NCBI RefSeq assembly: GCF_046119375.1
Contig: NW_027362767.1
Span: 150,722,001-150,786,000 of the forward strand
Length of the DNA: 64,000 nucleotides
Origin: Phyllobates terribilis
Lineage: Eukaryota
Direction: 5' to 3'
Part shown: positions 41,501 through 52,984 of the stretch, in pieces
How positions within the stretch are numbered: position 1 is the stretch's first letter
Layout: every line of letters begins with the position of its first letter
Position numbers and translations under genes: made by a program
The notes under the pieces: generated by a model
Seen by the model: only the letters and a program-made list of their open reading frames with translations
Databases searched by the model: none
Told to the model about the DNA's origin: nothing

Positions 41501-44500
41501 GTCTGCTCTCTCTCTCTNNNNNNNNNNNNNNNNNNNNNNNNNNNNNNNNNNNNNNNNNNNNNNNNNNNNNNNNNNNNNNNNNNNNNNNNNNNNNNNNNNN
41601 NNNNNNNNNNNNNNNNNNNNNNNNNNNNNNNNNNNNNNNNNNNNNNNNNNNNNNNNNNNNNNNNNNNNNNNNNNNNNNNNNNNNNNNNNNNNNNNNNNNN
41701 NNNNNNNNNNNNNNNNNNNNNNNNNNNNNNNNNNNNNNNNNNNNNNNNNNNNNNNNNNNNNNNNNNNNNNNNNNNNNNNNNNNNNNNNNNNNNNNNNNNN
41801 NNNNNNNNNNNNNNNNNNNNNNNNNNNNNNNNNNNNNNNNNNNNNNNNNNNNNNNNNNNNNNNNNNNNNNNNNNNNNNNNNNNNNNNNNNNNNNNNNNNN
41901 NNNNNNNNNNNNNNNNNNNNNNNNNNNNNNNNNNNNNNNNNNNNNNNNNNNNNNNNNNNNNNNNNNNNNNNNNNNNNNNNNNNNNNNNNNNNNNNNNNNN
42001 NNNNNNNNNNNNNNNNNNNNNNNNNNNNNNNNNNNNNNNNNNNNNNNNNNNNNNNNNNNNNNNNNNNNNNNTCATGTGTTCTCTCGTTTGAGCTGTCTAC
42101 CCGCGTCGTAAATCAGGCCGCCGCCATCTTTGTGAAGGCAGATAGCGGCGGTTACATTAAAACTGCGCGTGCTCTCCTCCTGTACAAAGATGGTGGCGGT
42201 CAGTGACTCATTCGGCTAATCCCGGCGGCGGTGTGTACGGCGTGTTCCGCTGGTGGTACCGCGTAAGAGGCTGGTACCACCAGTGGTTTCCATATTGAGA
42301 CACCCATCACTTGGGTGTCCCAATATGGCGGTTGACAAACTTCTGCCGCTTGGAATTCTGGGATCCGGACACATCTGTACGGAACAGGATGTGAAGAGAT
42401 TACAGGGTAAGTATATTATAGAAGATATCGCTGCGTTCCATATGCTCCATTCCAAGTCCTATATGGAAAGTGTGTTCTTTCTGACTGCATATGTATATTC
42501 CAACATATTATTGCTCATAATTCTGTCTATAACTTCTGTAATTGAGGGAATACTTATTGGTTTCCGTTTAGACAACCATAGCAGCTTTGTTACCAAGAAA
42601 TTTGTATTATTATAGATCTTACTTTAAGTGGAAACTCATCTATTTCTAGAGATATATGGCTAATTGAGGAGTAGGTGGAATATCTGTGTTGCATATTTTA
42701 TTAATCAACCCAAAAACTTCTGTCCAAAGAGAAGAGATTACCATGCACTCCCATAGTATATGTAAAGAGAAGAGATTACCACGCACTCCCATAGTATATG
42801 TAAAGAGAAGAGATTACCGCGCACTCCCATAGTATATGTAAAGAGAAGAGATTACCATGCACTCCCATAGTATATGTAAAGAGAAGAGATTACCGCGCAC
42901 TCCCATAGTATATGTAAAGAGAAGAGATTACCGCGCACTCCCATAGTATATGTAAAGAGAAGAGATTACCGCGCACTCCCATAGTATATGTAAGAGAAGA
43001 GATTACCGCGCACTCCCATAGTATATGTAAAGAGAAGAGATTACCATGCACTCCCATAGTATATGTAAAGAGAAGAGATTACCGCGCACTCCCATAGTAT
43101 ATGTAAAGAGAAGAGATTACCGCGCACTCCCATAGTATATGTAAAGAGAAGAGATTACCGCGCACTCCCATAGTATATGTAAGAGAAGAGATTACCGCGC
43201 ACTCCCATAGTATATGTAAAGAGGAGAGATTACCGCGCACTCCCATAGTATATGTAAAGAGAAGAGATTACCGCGCACTCCCATAGTATATGTAAAGAGA
43301 AGAGATTACCCCGCACTCCCATAGTGTATGTAAAGAGAAGGGATTACCCCGCACTCCCATAGTATATGTAAAGAGAAGGGATTACCCCGCACTCCCATAG
43401 TATATGTAAAGAGAAGAGATTACCCCGCACTCCCATAGTATATGTAAAGAGAAGGGATTACCCCGCACTCCCATAGTATATGTAAAGAGAAGAGATTACC
43501 GCGCACTCCCATAGTATATGTAAAGAGAAGAGATTACCGCGCACTCCCATAGTATATGTAAAGAGAAGAGATTACCGCGCACTCCCATAGTATATGTAAA
43601 GAGAAGAGATTACCGCGCACTCCCATAGTATATGTAAGAGAGAAGAGATTACCGCGCACTCCCATAGTATATGTAAAGAGAAGAGATTACCGCGCACTCC
43701 CATAGTATATGTAAGAGAAGAGATTACCGCGCACTCCCATAGTATATGTAAAGAGGAGAGATTACCGCGCACTCCCATAGTATATGTAAAGAGAAGAGAT
43801 TACCCCGCACTCCCATAGTGTATGTAAAGAGAAGGGATTACCCCGCACTCCCATAGTATATGTAAAGAGAAGAGATTACCGCGCACTCCCATAGTATATG
43901 TAAAGAGAAGAGATTACCGCGCACTCCCATAGTATATGTAAAGAGAAGAGATTACCGCGCACTCCCATAGTATATGTAAAGAGAAGAGATTACCGCGCAC
44001 TCCCATAGTATATGTAAGAGAAGAGATTACCGCGCACTCCCATAGTATATGTAAAGAGAAGAGATTACCGCGCACTCCCATAGTATATGTAAAGAGAAGA
44101 GATTACCGCGCACTCCCATAGTGTATGTAAAGAGAAGAGATTACCGCGCACTCCCATAGTATATGTAAAGAGGAGAGATTACCGCGCACTCCCATAGTAT
44201 ATGTAAAGAGGAGAGATTACCGCGCACTCCCATAGTATGTGTAAAGAGAACCTTTTTGGCTACTTTCTCTCCAACATAATTGATATTGATTGGGAAATAT
44301 TCTCTGCAGTTTTGCTGGGGTATAATACCATTTTGTCATGGTTTTATAAGATGATTAGTGTTGGATAAGTTTTTAAAGGAAATTTTTATCGCTTTTTGCC
44401 ATTTATCAGCTGAAAACTTGGTGCCCAAATCCTTTTCCCACTCCAGTGTTTTGAGAATATGACATCATTGTTGAACAAAGGATAAATCTGTTTAGTATTC

Positions 44501-47500
44501 CATATAGATTTATTGTCCGGATTACTAATGAGGGAAAATACTTCTTAGGAAGCATTAGAGGAAATTTACATTTGTTTCTGAGTTATTTTCTCATTTCTAA
44601 ATATGTAAAAAAAATTCTATTTCTGGGAGGTCGTATTTTATTATGAGATATTGGAAGGTCATAAAAGAGTCTTCTTTGTTGTTACTGAATATCTTTAGAT
44701 AAATCTGAAATTCCCTTCCTTTCCCACAATTTATAGTCAAAATGTGGTATTTCTTTTATAAATATATAAGATACCAGATAAGTTTTCATCTATTATTTTG
44801 ATTCCGTGATTTGTTAATTTAATACCTAGATATATTATGTTCTTCCCATGAAAAAGGGGGGATTCATTTTTGATAATATTGATTAATTCTGTATCTATGT
44901 GGTAACCTAAGATTCTTGATTTACTGGTGTTTATTTTATAATATGTTATTTTGGAGAATTTCTCTATTATACTAGATATTTCACGGATGGAGTTAGGTGG
45001 GTCAGTCAACGTTAAAATGATGTCGTCGGCGTAGAGACCCATCTTCTATTGCCTAGAATTAGCGGCTATGCCTTTAATAACATTATTTATTCTAAGTGAT
45101 AAAAGAATCGGGGAGAGTGGGCTTCCTTGTCTTGTCCCATTTGAAATGTTACAATTTTTGGATGGAAGATTGTTGACTAAATATATTGGCTGTAGGATAA
45201 GAATATAAAGCCATAATGGCATTAAGAATTTGGCCAATAAATTGGAATTTAGATAATGTTGCTTGCATATATTTCCAATTCATTCGGTCCAAAGCTTTTT
45301 CAGCATCTAATGAGATTATGATGGCTGGTATTTTATTTTTTTCAGTATATGAAAATTAGACCAATAATTCGTCTGGTGCCATCAGCGGACTGTCTGTTTT
45401 TTATAAATCCGACTTGATCTCTGTGAATTAAGTTGGAAAGAAATTACGAAATTCTATTTGCTACGATCTTCGCAAATATTTTAATATCTGTATTTAGTAG
45501 TGATATTGGTCTATAGTTTAGTACTGAAGTGGGGTCTGATCGTTGTTCATGAATAGCTACAATTGTGGCTTGAAGGTTTTCGGGTGGTACTTCACTATCA
45601 GAAATTGAAGTAATTAGACGTTTTAAAGTCGAGTAATAGTCATTCGGAAACCATCTGCTCCTGGGGCTTTATTCTTTTTTCCATGTTTTGTAGTAAATTC
45701 TGCTTCCTTATTTGAGAATGGGGGAATTTAGATAAATGAACTGTTCTTCCGTCAGTTTAGGCCACTGAATTTTTGATGATAAGTATTGTATATCCTTTTC
45801 TTTAGGTTCGGAAATTTCTTTATGGTCTTTGAGATTGTACAAGGAGTGATGTGTTATTTATTTTTTGCAGGAAGTGTTTGATTACATCGGCAGCTCCCGG
45901 ATGGTGTATGACATGGAGAAAGGAAAATTTCCCATCCGGCTGAACAACATTCACTCCTTTGTGGAGCTCAGTCAGGTAATACACAGAACTGTGCATGCTT
46001 TACACTGCAGCACTGCTTCCTTCAATTGGCCAGAGCGCTCAGTATGGCAGGAGCACTGCAGACCCCGTCTGCTCCATTTTGATCTCCATTTCTGCTCTTG
46101 TCCACCAGGTGGCGCTGAGGAACGATTCTGCTCTGTGGATCCACACGGATCCCATTTCTCGGAGTAATGACTCTGTGAACGCTGAGGTGGGTGCCGAGTG
46201 ATGCCTGCTAGCTTATGCCCTGCTGCGCTGTGGCTCCCCCTAGATGTGGGGTAATGGAATAGCATTAATTGTAACATCTGTTCCTCATCCAGGTGGAGCA
46301 GCTGATCCAATTCCTGAAAAATTCCAGTGCAGACACCAATGTCACCCTGCAAGAAAGCGACCAGTCGCAGCCCCTTCCGCCAGCGTCCTTCCAGCGGTTC
46401 CTGAGAGTCCGAAATATCCCGGGATTGGTGCTGACCGACCACAGAACAGCCTACCGCAATAAGTAAGACCTGCGCTACCCCATATGTAGGTATTCTGGTT
46501 GAAGCTTTCCAGATATGGCCGCTGATCCTCACACATTCAGCATTGACAAGTTGAGGGTGGTAGCCTATTTTCATCCAGCAGGGGGCAGCGTGGATCTGTA
46601 TGAGATGTCCCAGCTGATGATGGCTTCTCTCCCCCCATAGGTACTATAACAGTATGTACGACACCGCCGCCAGCATCAACATGAACTATCCCAGCGGACT
46701 CTCCAAAGAGGAGGCTCTGAACTACGTCACCGAGGCTGCTCAGGTACATAGGAGCAGGAGGAGGCTTAGCGCATCCTCGTACATTCCCACCCCAGAAAAA
46801 GCTACGGTGACCTCTGAGGATCCCCCTCCCCTGATCCTCCACAACACTAGATCTTTGTGTGAAGTCACCCCATTCCCCCCCACTAAGGATTTGGCACACC
46901 CTTTAAAGGGGTTGTCTACTACTAGGACACCCCTTCTTGATATAAATGTTTTGCGCCGATAAAATAATAAAGCTTTTACTCACCTCTGGTGTCGGCACTC
47001 GCGGTCCCGGGGCGCTCTTGCGGTTGTGACACGTGAGCTGGCGCCCAATCGTATGAATTAAAGAGGAAGTCCGGGCTGCGGCTGATCTGACTTCCTCTTA
47101 TGCGTAATTCGACAGGAGGCGGGGCCAGTGATTCCAGCGCTGATTGGCTGCCGGCTTCACAAGGCAGGGCCGGTGAATCCAGCGCTGATTGGCTGCCGGC
47201 TTCACAAGGCGGGGACAGTGATTCCAGCGCTGATTTGGTGCCGGTGTCACAAGGCGGCACCAGTGAATCCAGCGCTGATTGGGTGCTGGTGTCACAAGGC
47301 GGGGCCAGTGATTCCAGCTCTGATTGGGCGCTGGCGTCGCATGTCAAAACAGCACGGGAGCCCTGGGGAGAGCGAGTGCCGACACCGCGGGAATGACGCC
47401 AGCACCGGAGGGGAGTATAAGCTTTCTTATTTTATATTGGTCAAGCGTGGGGGATGAGAAAGGGTTGTCCAAGTAGTGGACAACTTCTTTTATTGTAGCT

Positions 47501-50500
47501 GAGTTCATTCCCCTCTCCCTTCTCATTCTTGAGGTCAGAGTCTTCCTCCCACTCCTGGCTAGGTCTCAGCAGCGCCCCCTCTTGGGGTCACAGCTTTTCC
47601 CCCACTCTTGGCTAGGTCTCAGTGGCGCCTTCTTCCAGGTCAGAATCTTCTTCCCACTCCTGGCTAGTCTCAGCGGCGTCCCCTTCCAGATCAGGGTCTT
47701 CCTCCCACTCCCGGCTAGGTCTCGGCAGAGCCCCCTTCAAGGGTGAGTCTCCGCCTCCCCACTCCCAGTTAGGCTTCAGAGGTGCCCCCTCCTGGGGGGG
47801 TCACAGCTGTTCTCCCACTCCCGGCTAGGTCTCAGCGGCGGCTCCTTCCAGGTCAGTCTCTTCCTCCCCACTCCCGGCTAGGTCTCAGCAGTGCCCCCTT
47901 CCAGGTGAGTCTTCCTCCCAGCTAGGTCTCAGCGGTGCCCCCTTCCAGGTGAGTCTTCCTCCCCACTCCCGGTTAGGGGTCAGTGGCACCCCCTCCTGGG
48001 GTTACAGTTATTCCTCCCCACTACCGGCTAGGTTTCAGAGGCGCCCCCTCCTGGGGTCACAGCTGTTCTCCCACTCCCGGCTAGGTCTCAGCGGTGCCTT
48101 CTTCAAGGTGAGAGTCTTCCTCCCACTCCTGGCTAGGTCTCAGCTGCGCCCCCTTCCAGGTCAGTCTTCCTCCCACTCTTGGCTAGGTCTTAGTGGCGCC
48201 CCCTCCTGGTTTCACAGTTATTCTTCCCACTCCTGGCTAGGTCTCAGCGACCCCTTCTTCAAGGTGAGAGTCTTCCTCCTCACTCCCGGCTAGGTCTCAG
48301 CGGCGCCCCCTTCCAGGTGAGTCTTCCTCCCCACTCCCGGCTAGGTCTCAGCTGCGCCTCCTTCCAGGTCAGTCTTCGTCCCACTCCTGGCTAGGTTTCA
48401 GCGGCGCCCCCTTCTGGGGTCACAGTTATTCTTCCCACTCCCTGCTAGGTCTCAGCGGCGCATTCTTCTAGGTCAGTCTTCCTCCCACTCCTGGCTAGGT
48501 TTCAGCGGCGCCCCCTCCTGGGTTCACAGTTATTCTTCCCACTCCTGGCTAGGTTTCAGCGGCGCCCCCTTCTGGGGTCACAGTTATTCTTCCCACTCCC
48601 GGCTAGGTCTCAGCGTCGCCCCCTTCCAGATCAGGGTCTTCCTCCCACTCTCGGCTAGGTCTCAGCGGCGCCCCCTTCTAGGTCAGACTCTTCCTCTCCA
48701 CTCCTGGCTAGATCTCACGGGCGCCCCCTCCTGGGGTTACAGTTATTCCTCCCCACTCCTGGCTAGGTCTCAGCCGCTTCCCCTCCTGGGGTCACAGTTG
48801 TTCCCCCACTCCCGGCTAGGTCTCAGTGGCGCCCCCTCCTGGGGTTACAGTTATTCCTCCCCACTCCTGGCTAGGTTTCAGCGGCGCCCCCTTCTGGGGT
48901 CACAGTTATTCTTCCCACTCCTGGCTAGGTCTCAGCGGCGCATTCTTCTAGGTCAGTCTTCCTCCCACTCCCGGCTAGGTCTCAGTGGCGCCCCCTCCTG
49001 GGTTCACAGTTATTCTTCCCACTCCTGGCTAGGCTTCAGCGGCGCCCCCTTCTGGGGTCACAGTTATTCTTCCCACTCCCGGCTAGGTCTCAGCATCGCC
49101 CCCTTCCAGATCAGGGTCTTCCTCCCACTCCCGGCTAGGTCTCAGTGGCGCCCCCTCCTGGGGTTACAGTTATTCCTCCCCACTCCCGGCTAGGTCTCAG
49201 CGGTGCCTCCTTCCAGATGAGTCTTCCTCCCTACTCCCGGCTAGGTCTCAGTGGCATCCCCTCCTGGGGTCACAGTTGTTCCCCCACTCCCGGCTAGGTC
49301 TCAGCGGCACTCCTTCCAGATGAGTCTTCCTCCCTACTCCCGGCTAGGTCTCAGTGGCACCCCCTCCTGGGGTCACAGTTGTTCCCCCACTCCTGGCTAG
49401 GTCTCAGCGGCACCCCCTCCAGGTCAGTCTTCCTTCCCCGCCCTTTGAGTGTCGGCTCTGATTATCAGTGCTTCTCGCTTTTGCAGTCTCTCTCAGACGT
49501 GGCCACGTTGCTCGCCAGGACCCTGTACCGGCAGGCGGGTGGTAACCGCAGCGCTGACATCCAGGCTGACGTGAAGTCGGTAAGAAGCTCCAGTCCAACA
49601 CATCTGTCTACTGTTCTTCTCCGTTTACCTCTAAAGCTGCCTTCATATTTCTGCTGGTTTCCTGCGGTGAGAGCTGACATGAGCACTATATAGCTGAGCT
49701 GCTGGGTCCTGTGTATGCCAACAGGGTGGAGCTAAATCTCTGGTTTTCAGGGACAATCAGCAGAATTTTTCAGGCAGCTTCGGTTGTGACTGGAGAAGAC
49801 GACAACAATCAGCCTTTAAAGGGCTCCTATAATTTTCTGTTTGGTTTCAGGTGACTCGGATGCTCTACGGCTTCCTGGTGATGTCTAACAATAGTTGGTT
49901 TCAGTCCATCATTAAGTCTGACTGGAAAGGAAGCCTAGGTAAGGCTGGTCCCCTCTTCCAAGCCATCTCCTCTCACTGAGGGATCAGGTTACACCTTACC
50001 CATAGAAGTCTATGGAGTTGTAAACAGTGGCACAGGCACACACAAACCTGTGCAGCTGCTGTACAGTAAGTGTTTACCTCAACCACGCTGGAGTCACAGC
50101 TACACTGCTCAGCACTATTGTATAATGACCTCCATGCTGCTGCTTCTGACCACGTGCTGCATAGAGACGTGAGAGCAGGATCTCCCTGCTGTATCAGTGT
50201 GCAGTGTATGGACAGATCATAGCCACTCATCTCTACCCCCCCCCCCAAGTCACAGACAACAGAAAATACGAGAGAAAGAGCCCCCAGTGGGGGAAACGTG
50301 TGAGATGTGCAGGGTACTGGTCATAATGGCCAGAAATCGGTCATTCCTCTAGTGCATGTACATGCCGGTGCTGCGGCTTCATAGGAAGTGTTGACTTGAC
50401 CTCAGAGCTGGATGTACAGCTACACTGCTCAGTGCTGCATGTCCTCCATGCAGCTGCTGCTTTTAAACATCTACATGATGGAGACTGGAGAGCCTCAATC

Positions 50501-52528
50501 TCTCATGTCTATGCATCCTGCAGATGGAAGACATCATGGCATCTAGTCGGGGACAACTGAAAATTGCATCAAAGCTGTAAAAAAAAACAAATAGTGCACA
50601 AAAACAGTAGAGAATTAAGATGAGAGTAAAATGTGGTGTAATCCTGCTGCTGATTGTGTTCCTAGGGGAAAAACCTCCGCAGTATTACGTGACGGCCTCT
50701 CTGATCGGGAGGACCCAGTCTCCAAACCCACCAACCAGCTTCCTCATCGCCGTTCTCGCCAATCTCACGGGGCAAGTGGTGAACTACACCAAAGAGGAGT
50801 GTCAGAGCCCGGACAAGGCTGCAGATTCTAAGGCAAGTGCAGACATTTCCCTAACACTTCGGAGCTGCAATCACAGGTCTGCAGGCTTCAGAGCTGAAAT
50901 CGTTCAGCGTTCCTTGCATTTTTTTTTTGTACACAGCTTACTAATATATACTCCAATATAGCATCCGCTAATGTATGAAAATGTAAAGGCCCTCTGTTAT
51001 GAGCCCTGATGACATGCCTGCTGACTGTTTCCATCACCATCTTTAAATATTAGGATTTTGTAAATGTAATTTTTCATGTTTTTTTTTCCTCCAGCTTTAT
51101 GAATACTTATGGGTGCAGGGACCATTGAATGATAACTCGACGACCCGGACACCGTACTGTGTGCGGACCACCCTTCGTAGCTACCTGGCCGAGTCTCCCG
51201 CTTTTGAGCTGAATGAGTGGGACTCTACAGAGTACTCCACCTGGACGGAGAGCCGCTGGAAGGAGATCCGGGCCCGCATATTCCTGGTGCCCAGTCACGA
51301 GCTGGAGGTGGGTGCCCCCAGGCCGGAGCCGCCCCCAGGCCGGAGCTGCACTCAGTCTTACACAGTGGCCGGACTTTATTTCTCCTCTGTGCTTTAGCTT
51401 TTTCCTCCCTTTCTACCGAGAAGCAGAACTTTTTTGTTTTCCTGTCCACATCGCCGTGCGAGGGCTTATTGTTTGCTGCACAGGCTTTGATTGACGCCAT
51501 TCACTTTATCATATAATTCACTGAAAAATAGGAAAAAATAATTCCGGGTGGCGGTGAAATGGTGGAAAAAATGCAATTCCGTTTTTTTGGGGGGTTTTTT
51601 TGTAGTCCGTTGTGCGGTAAGAATGACACGTGTAGTTTTTCTATTGTTTGTTTTTTTTTTTATGCATTTTATAACAATTTGTTACCGCCACTTTCTGAGA
51701 CCCCTGATTTTATTATTGTGCTGATAAAGCTGTGTGAGCGCTTGTGTTATTTTGGGGGGTGATCTGTAGTTTTTTTTTTTTTTTTTTTTTAGGAAATAGT
51801 GACCCCAAAAAGTCGAGGCGGAGATTTTATTTTTTTACTGCATTGTTACGTGATTTTTAAAGATCGGACTTTTCTGGACCCGATTATAACAAATATTCTT
51901 AGCTATTTTTTTCCCGGCATGGATAAAGGCATGCAATTTAAACATTTAGAATTTTTTATTTATTTTTTTATTTTTTTGCTTTTCCTATTTTTGATTTATT
52001 TATTAGCCGCCCTCCCCCCATTCTCCCACCAGGAGATTTTAGTTTGTGATTGTACTACACATCAGTATTCTAGTGTCTGTCACCATAGCTGATGACGGCA
52101 CAGTCGGTGCCTGTGTAGTCATATCGTGGGGGATTTATGGGTGGATCTAACCGCTTAGCTCCTGCTGTCAGAGATTGACCGTGGCGTCTAAGGGGGTGAG
52201 CCACTTTGGTCCTGAGTCCGCTCTGATCACCCGCCGTGACTTTAAGTGCTGAGAATGTGTCACTGGGGTCATGGTTCAGCCGTCTTGGTGTCCAGTGAAA
52301 TTAATGGGGTCCACAGACACCCCCTATCTTTCGTTACAGGCATGTGACTTAATCTGGACTGCTCACGCCTCTTTGCTCACGCGCTTTTCTCTTTGCTCGC
52401 AGGTGATAACTCTGATCGTGGGCATCGCCGTCCTCCTTTTGTCTTTCGGTGCCACCTACTTCATAAACTCCAAGGCAGACGTACTGTTCACAAGTACGCA
52501 AGACAGCAGTGAGTCAGTGGCTTACTAG
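29501..52528 (+). CDS. NCSTN: Nicastrin (gamma-secretase subunit); exons 1-4 and 9-17 visible, exons 5-8 missing, exon 4 frameshifted
   Basis: Signal peptide followed by [22 protein letters not shown], the DYIGS motif ([15 protein letters not shown]), YSTWTESRW, a C-terminal TM helix and KADVLF..AY*. Confidence 0.97.
29674..29850. repeat. 30-bp minisatellite (CTCGGTGCGTCCTCGACCCCACCCGTCCCC), about 6 copies, NCSTN intron 1
   Basis: Direct tandem copies. Confidence 0.95.
29959..30063 (+). CDS. NCSTN: NCSTN exon 2
   Basis: [35 protein letters not shown], 105 nt. Confidence 0.96.
30121..30548. repeat. 35-39-bp GC-rich minisatellite, about 12 copies, NCSTN intron 2
   Basis: Unit GTGCGGTCTGTCTGCCGCCGCTGCTGGCCGGGGAC. 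Confidence 0.96.
30855..30978 (+). CDS. NCSTN: NCSTN exon 3
   Basis: [41 protein letters not shown], 124 nt. Confidence 0.96.
31081..31201 (+). CDS. NCSTN: NCSTN exon 4 (121 nt as assembled; two apparent frameshifts)
   Basis: Homologous peptide is split across three frames: [15 protein letters not shown] / [14 protein letters not shown] / QCPNDGF. Canonical AG and GTGAGT boundaries. Confidence 0.88.
31224..31624 (+). mobile_element. Tc1-like left arm (IR/DR), truncated at the presumptive transposase ATG
   Basis: TA-CAGTTGTGCTTAAAAGTTTACATACCCTGG with inner DR AAAAGTTCACATACCCTGG near 31416; ends at GTCATG, where the satellite begins. Confidence 0.75.
31625..35941. repeat. 35-bp satellite, about 123 copies, continuing into a gap
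   Basis: Unit ATGTACAAGAATAAAACTGCTATAATGCTGCCCCT, with blocks of an AAAAGTGC variant. Confidence 0.99.
35942..42071. other. Cluster of assembly gaps (35942-36041, 36283-36546, 36568-36709, 36873-37311, 41518-42071); further gaps at 26051-26179 and 28919-29060
   Basis: N runs. Confidence 1.
36042..41517. repeat. Polypyrimidine minisatellite CTGTCTG(CT)nCn, more than 5 kb including internal gaps
   Basis: Roughly 22-30-bp units; CTCGCT-variant block at about 38840-40070. Confidence 0.98.
42430..45845 (-). mobile_element. 5'-truncated L1 ORF2 (RT and C-terminal zinc knuckle), degenerate, antisense in NCSTN upstream of exon 9
   Basis: [73 protein letters not shown], terminal W-x2-W. Confidence 0.93.
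42726..44250. repeat. 38-bp minisatellite, about 40 copies, inside L1 ORF2
   Basis: Unit AAAGAGAAGAGATTACCGCGCACTCCCATAGTATATGT. Confidence 0.98.
45871..45975 (+). CDS. NCSTN: NCSTN exon 9 (DYIGS motif)
   Basis: [35 protein letters not shown], 105 nt. Confidence 0.97.
46109..46186 (+). CDS. NCSTN: NCSTN exon 10
   Basis: [26 protein letters not shown], 78 nt. Confidence 0.95.
46293..46462 (+). CDS. NCSTN: NCSTN exon 11
   Basis: [56 protein letters not shown], 170 nt. Confidence 0.95.
46641..46743 (+). CDS. NCSTN: NCSTN exon 12
   Basis: [35 protein letters not shown], 103 nt. Confidence 0.95.
46907..47488. mobile_element. TTAA-type (Kolobok/T2-like) MITE with internal ~44-bp repeats, NCSTN intron 12
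   Basis: TTAA-AGGGGTTGTCTACTACTAGGACA ... TGTCCAAGTAGTGGACAACTTCT termini; internal CCAGTGATTCCAGCGCTGATTGG repeats. Confidence 0.65.
47530..49430. repeat. ~49-53-bp minisatellite with two interspersed monomer types, NCSTN intron 12
   Basis: CCCACTCCCGGCTAGGTCTCAGCGGCGCCCCC followed by TTCCAGGT(C/G)AGTCTTCCT or TCCTGGGGT(C/T)ACAGTTATTCTT. Confidence 0.96.
49487..49579 (+). CDS. NCSTN: NCSTN exon 13
   Basis: [31 protein letters not shown], 93 nt. Confidence 0.94.
49851..49938 (+). CDS. NCSTN: NCSTN exon 14
   Basis: [29 protein letters not shown], 88 nt. Confidence 0.95.
50666..50832 (+). CDS. NCSTN: NCSTN exon 15 (GC donor)
   Basis: [56 protein letters not shown], 167 nt, AAG|GCAAGT. Confidence 0.88.
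51095..51307 (+). CDS. NCSTN: NCSTN exon 16
   Basis: [71 protein letters not shown], 213 nt. Confidence 0.97.
52403..52528 (+). CDS. NCSTN: NCSTN exon 17 (TM helix, stop)
   Basis: [41 protein letters not shown]. Confidence 0.97.
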   Translation: MITLIVGIAVLLLSFGATYFINSKADVLFTSTQDSSESVAY

Positions 52529-52984
52529 AGACTTACCACCCCCTGCTGGATGGAGGACCGTGACTGCTACTGTTTGTACTGGTTAGGTGGGAACGCCCAT
52601 GCTGCTTTAACAATGGATCCACACTGGAAGAGACTTTTTTTATTTTTTTTTCCTTTAATTCGAGCAGCGACCCTAACAAGAATGAAAACTCCTGTTCCCA
52701 CCAACAGGAAAAAGTGCAATGTGATGGCAAAAACGTTCCCAAGATGGAGACTCTGGATCCAGGACCAAATGTGTCCTCTGTCTTTACCTGCTTTACTGGG
52801 CAGCTTACAAACGGTTAATCCACTTATCTCTCCCAAAATGAACACTAGCCTATAACATGTGAAGAGGGGCCAATGCCGATCCTGACTGTCGCCCAATTCA
52901 GACCCCAGACCAGACTGGTTGGCAGTGAATGTGCCACCTACTGATCATTTCAATGACTATTTAGTAGAGGCATGCTGCCAACCA

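Noticed and set aside
35847-42206. Three ~2000-aa ORFs (Leu/Ser/Pro-rich and Arg/Glu/Gly-rich)
   Set aside because: They are translations of an A-free polypyrimidine repeat plus N runs, which cannot contain stop codons; intronic to NCSTN.
42253-42615. 120-aa plus-strand ORF with a donor-like CAGG|GTAAGT at about 42406 as a possible missing NCSTN exon 8
   Set aside because: No frame resembles nicastrin exons 5-8; the 3' part is the antisense of the L1 ORF2 terminus.
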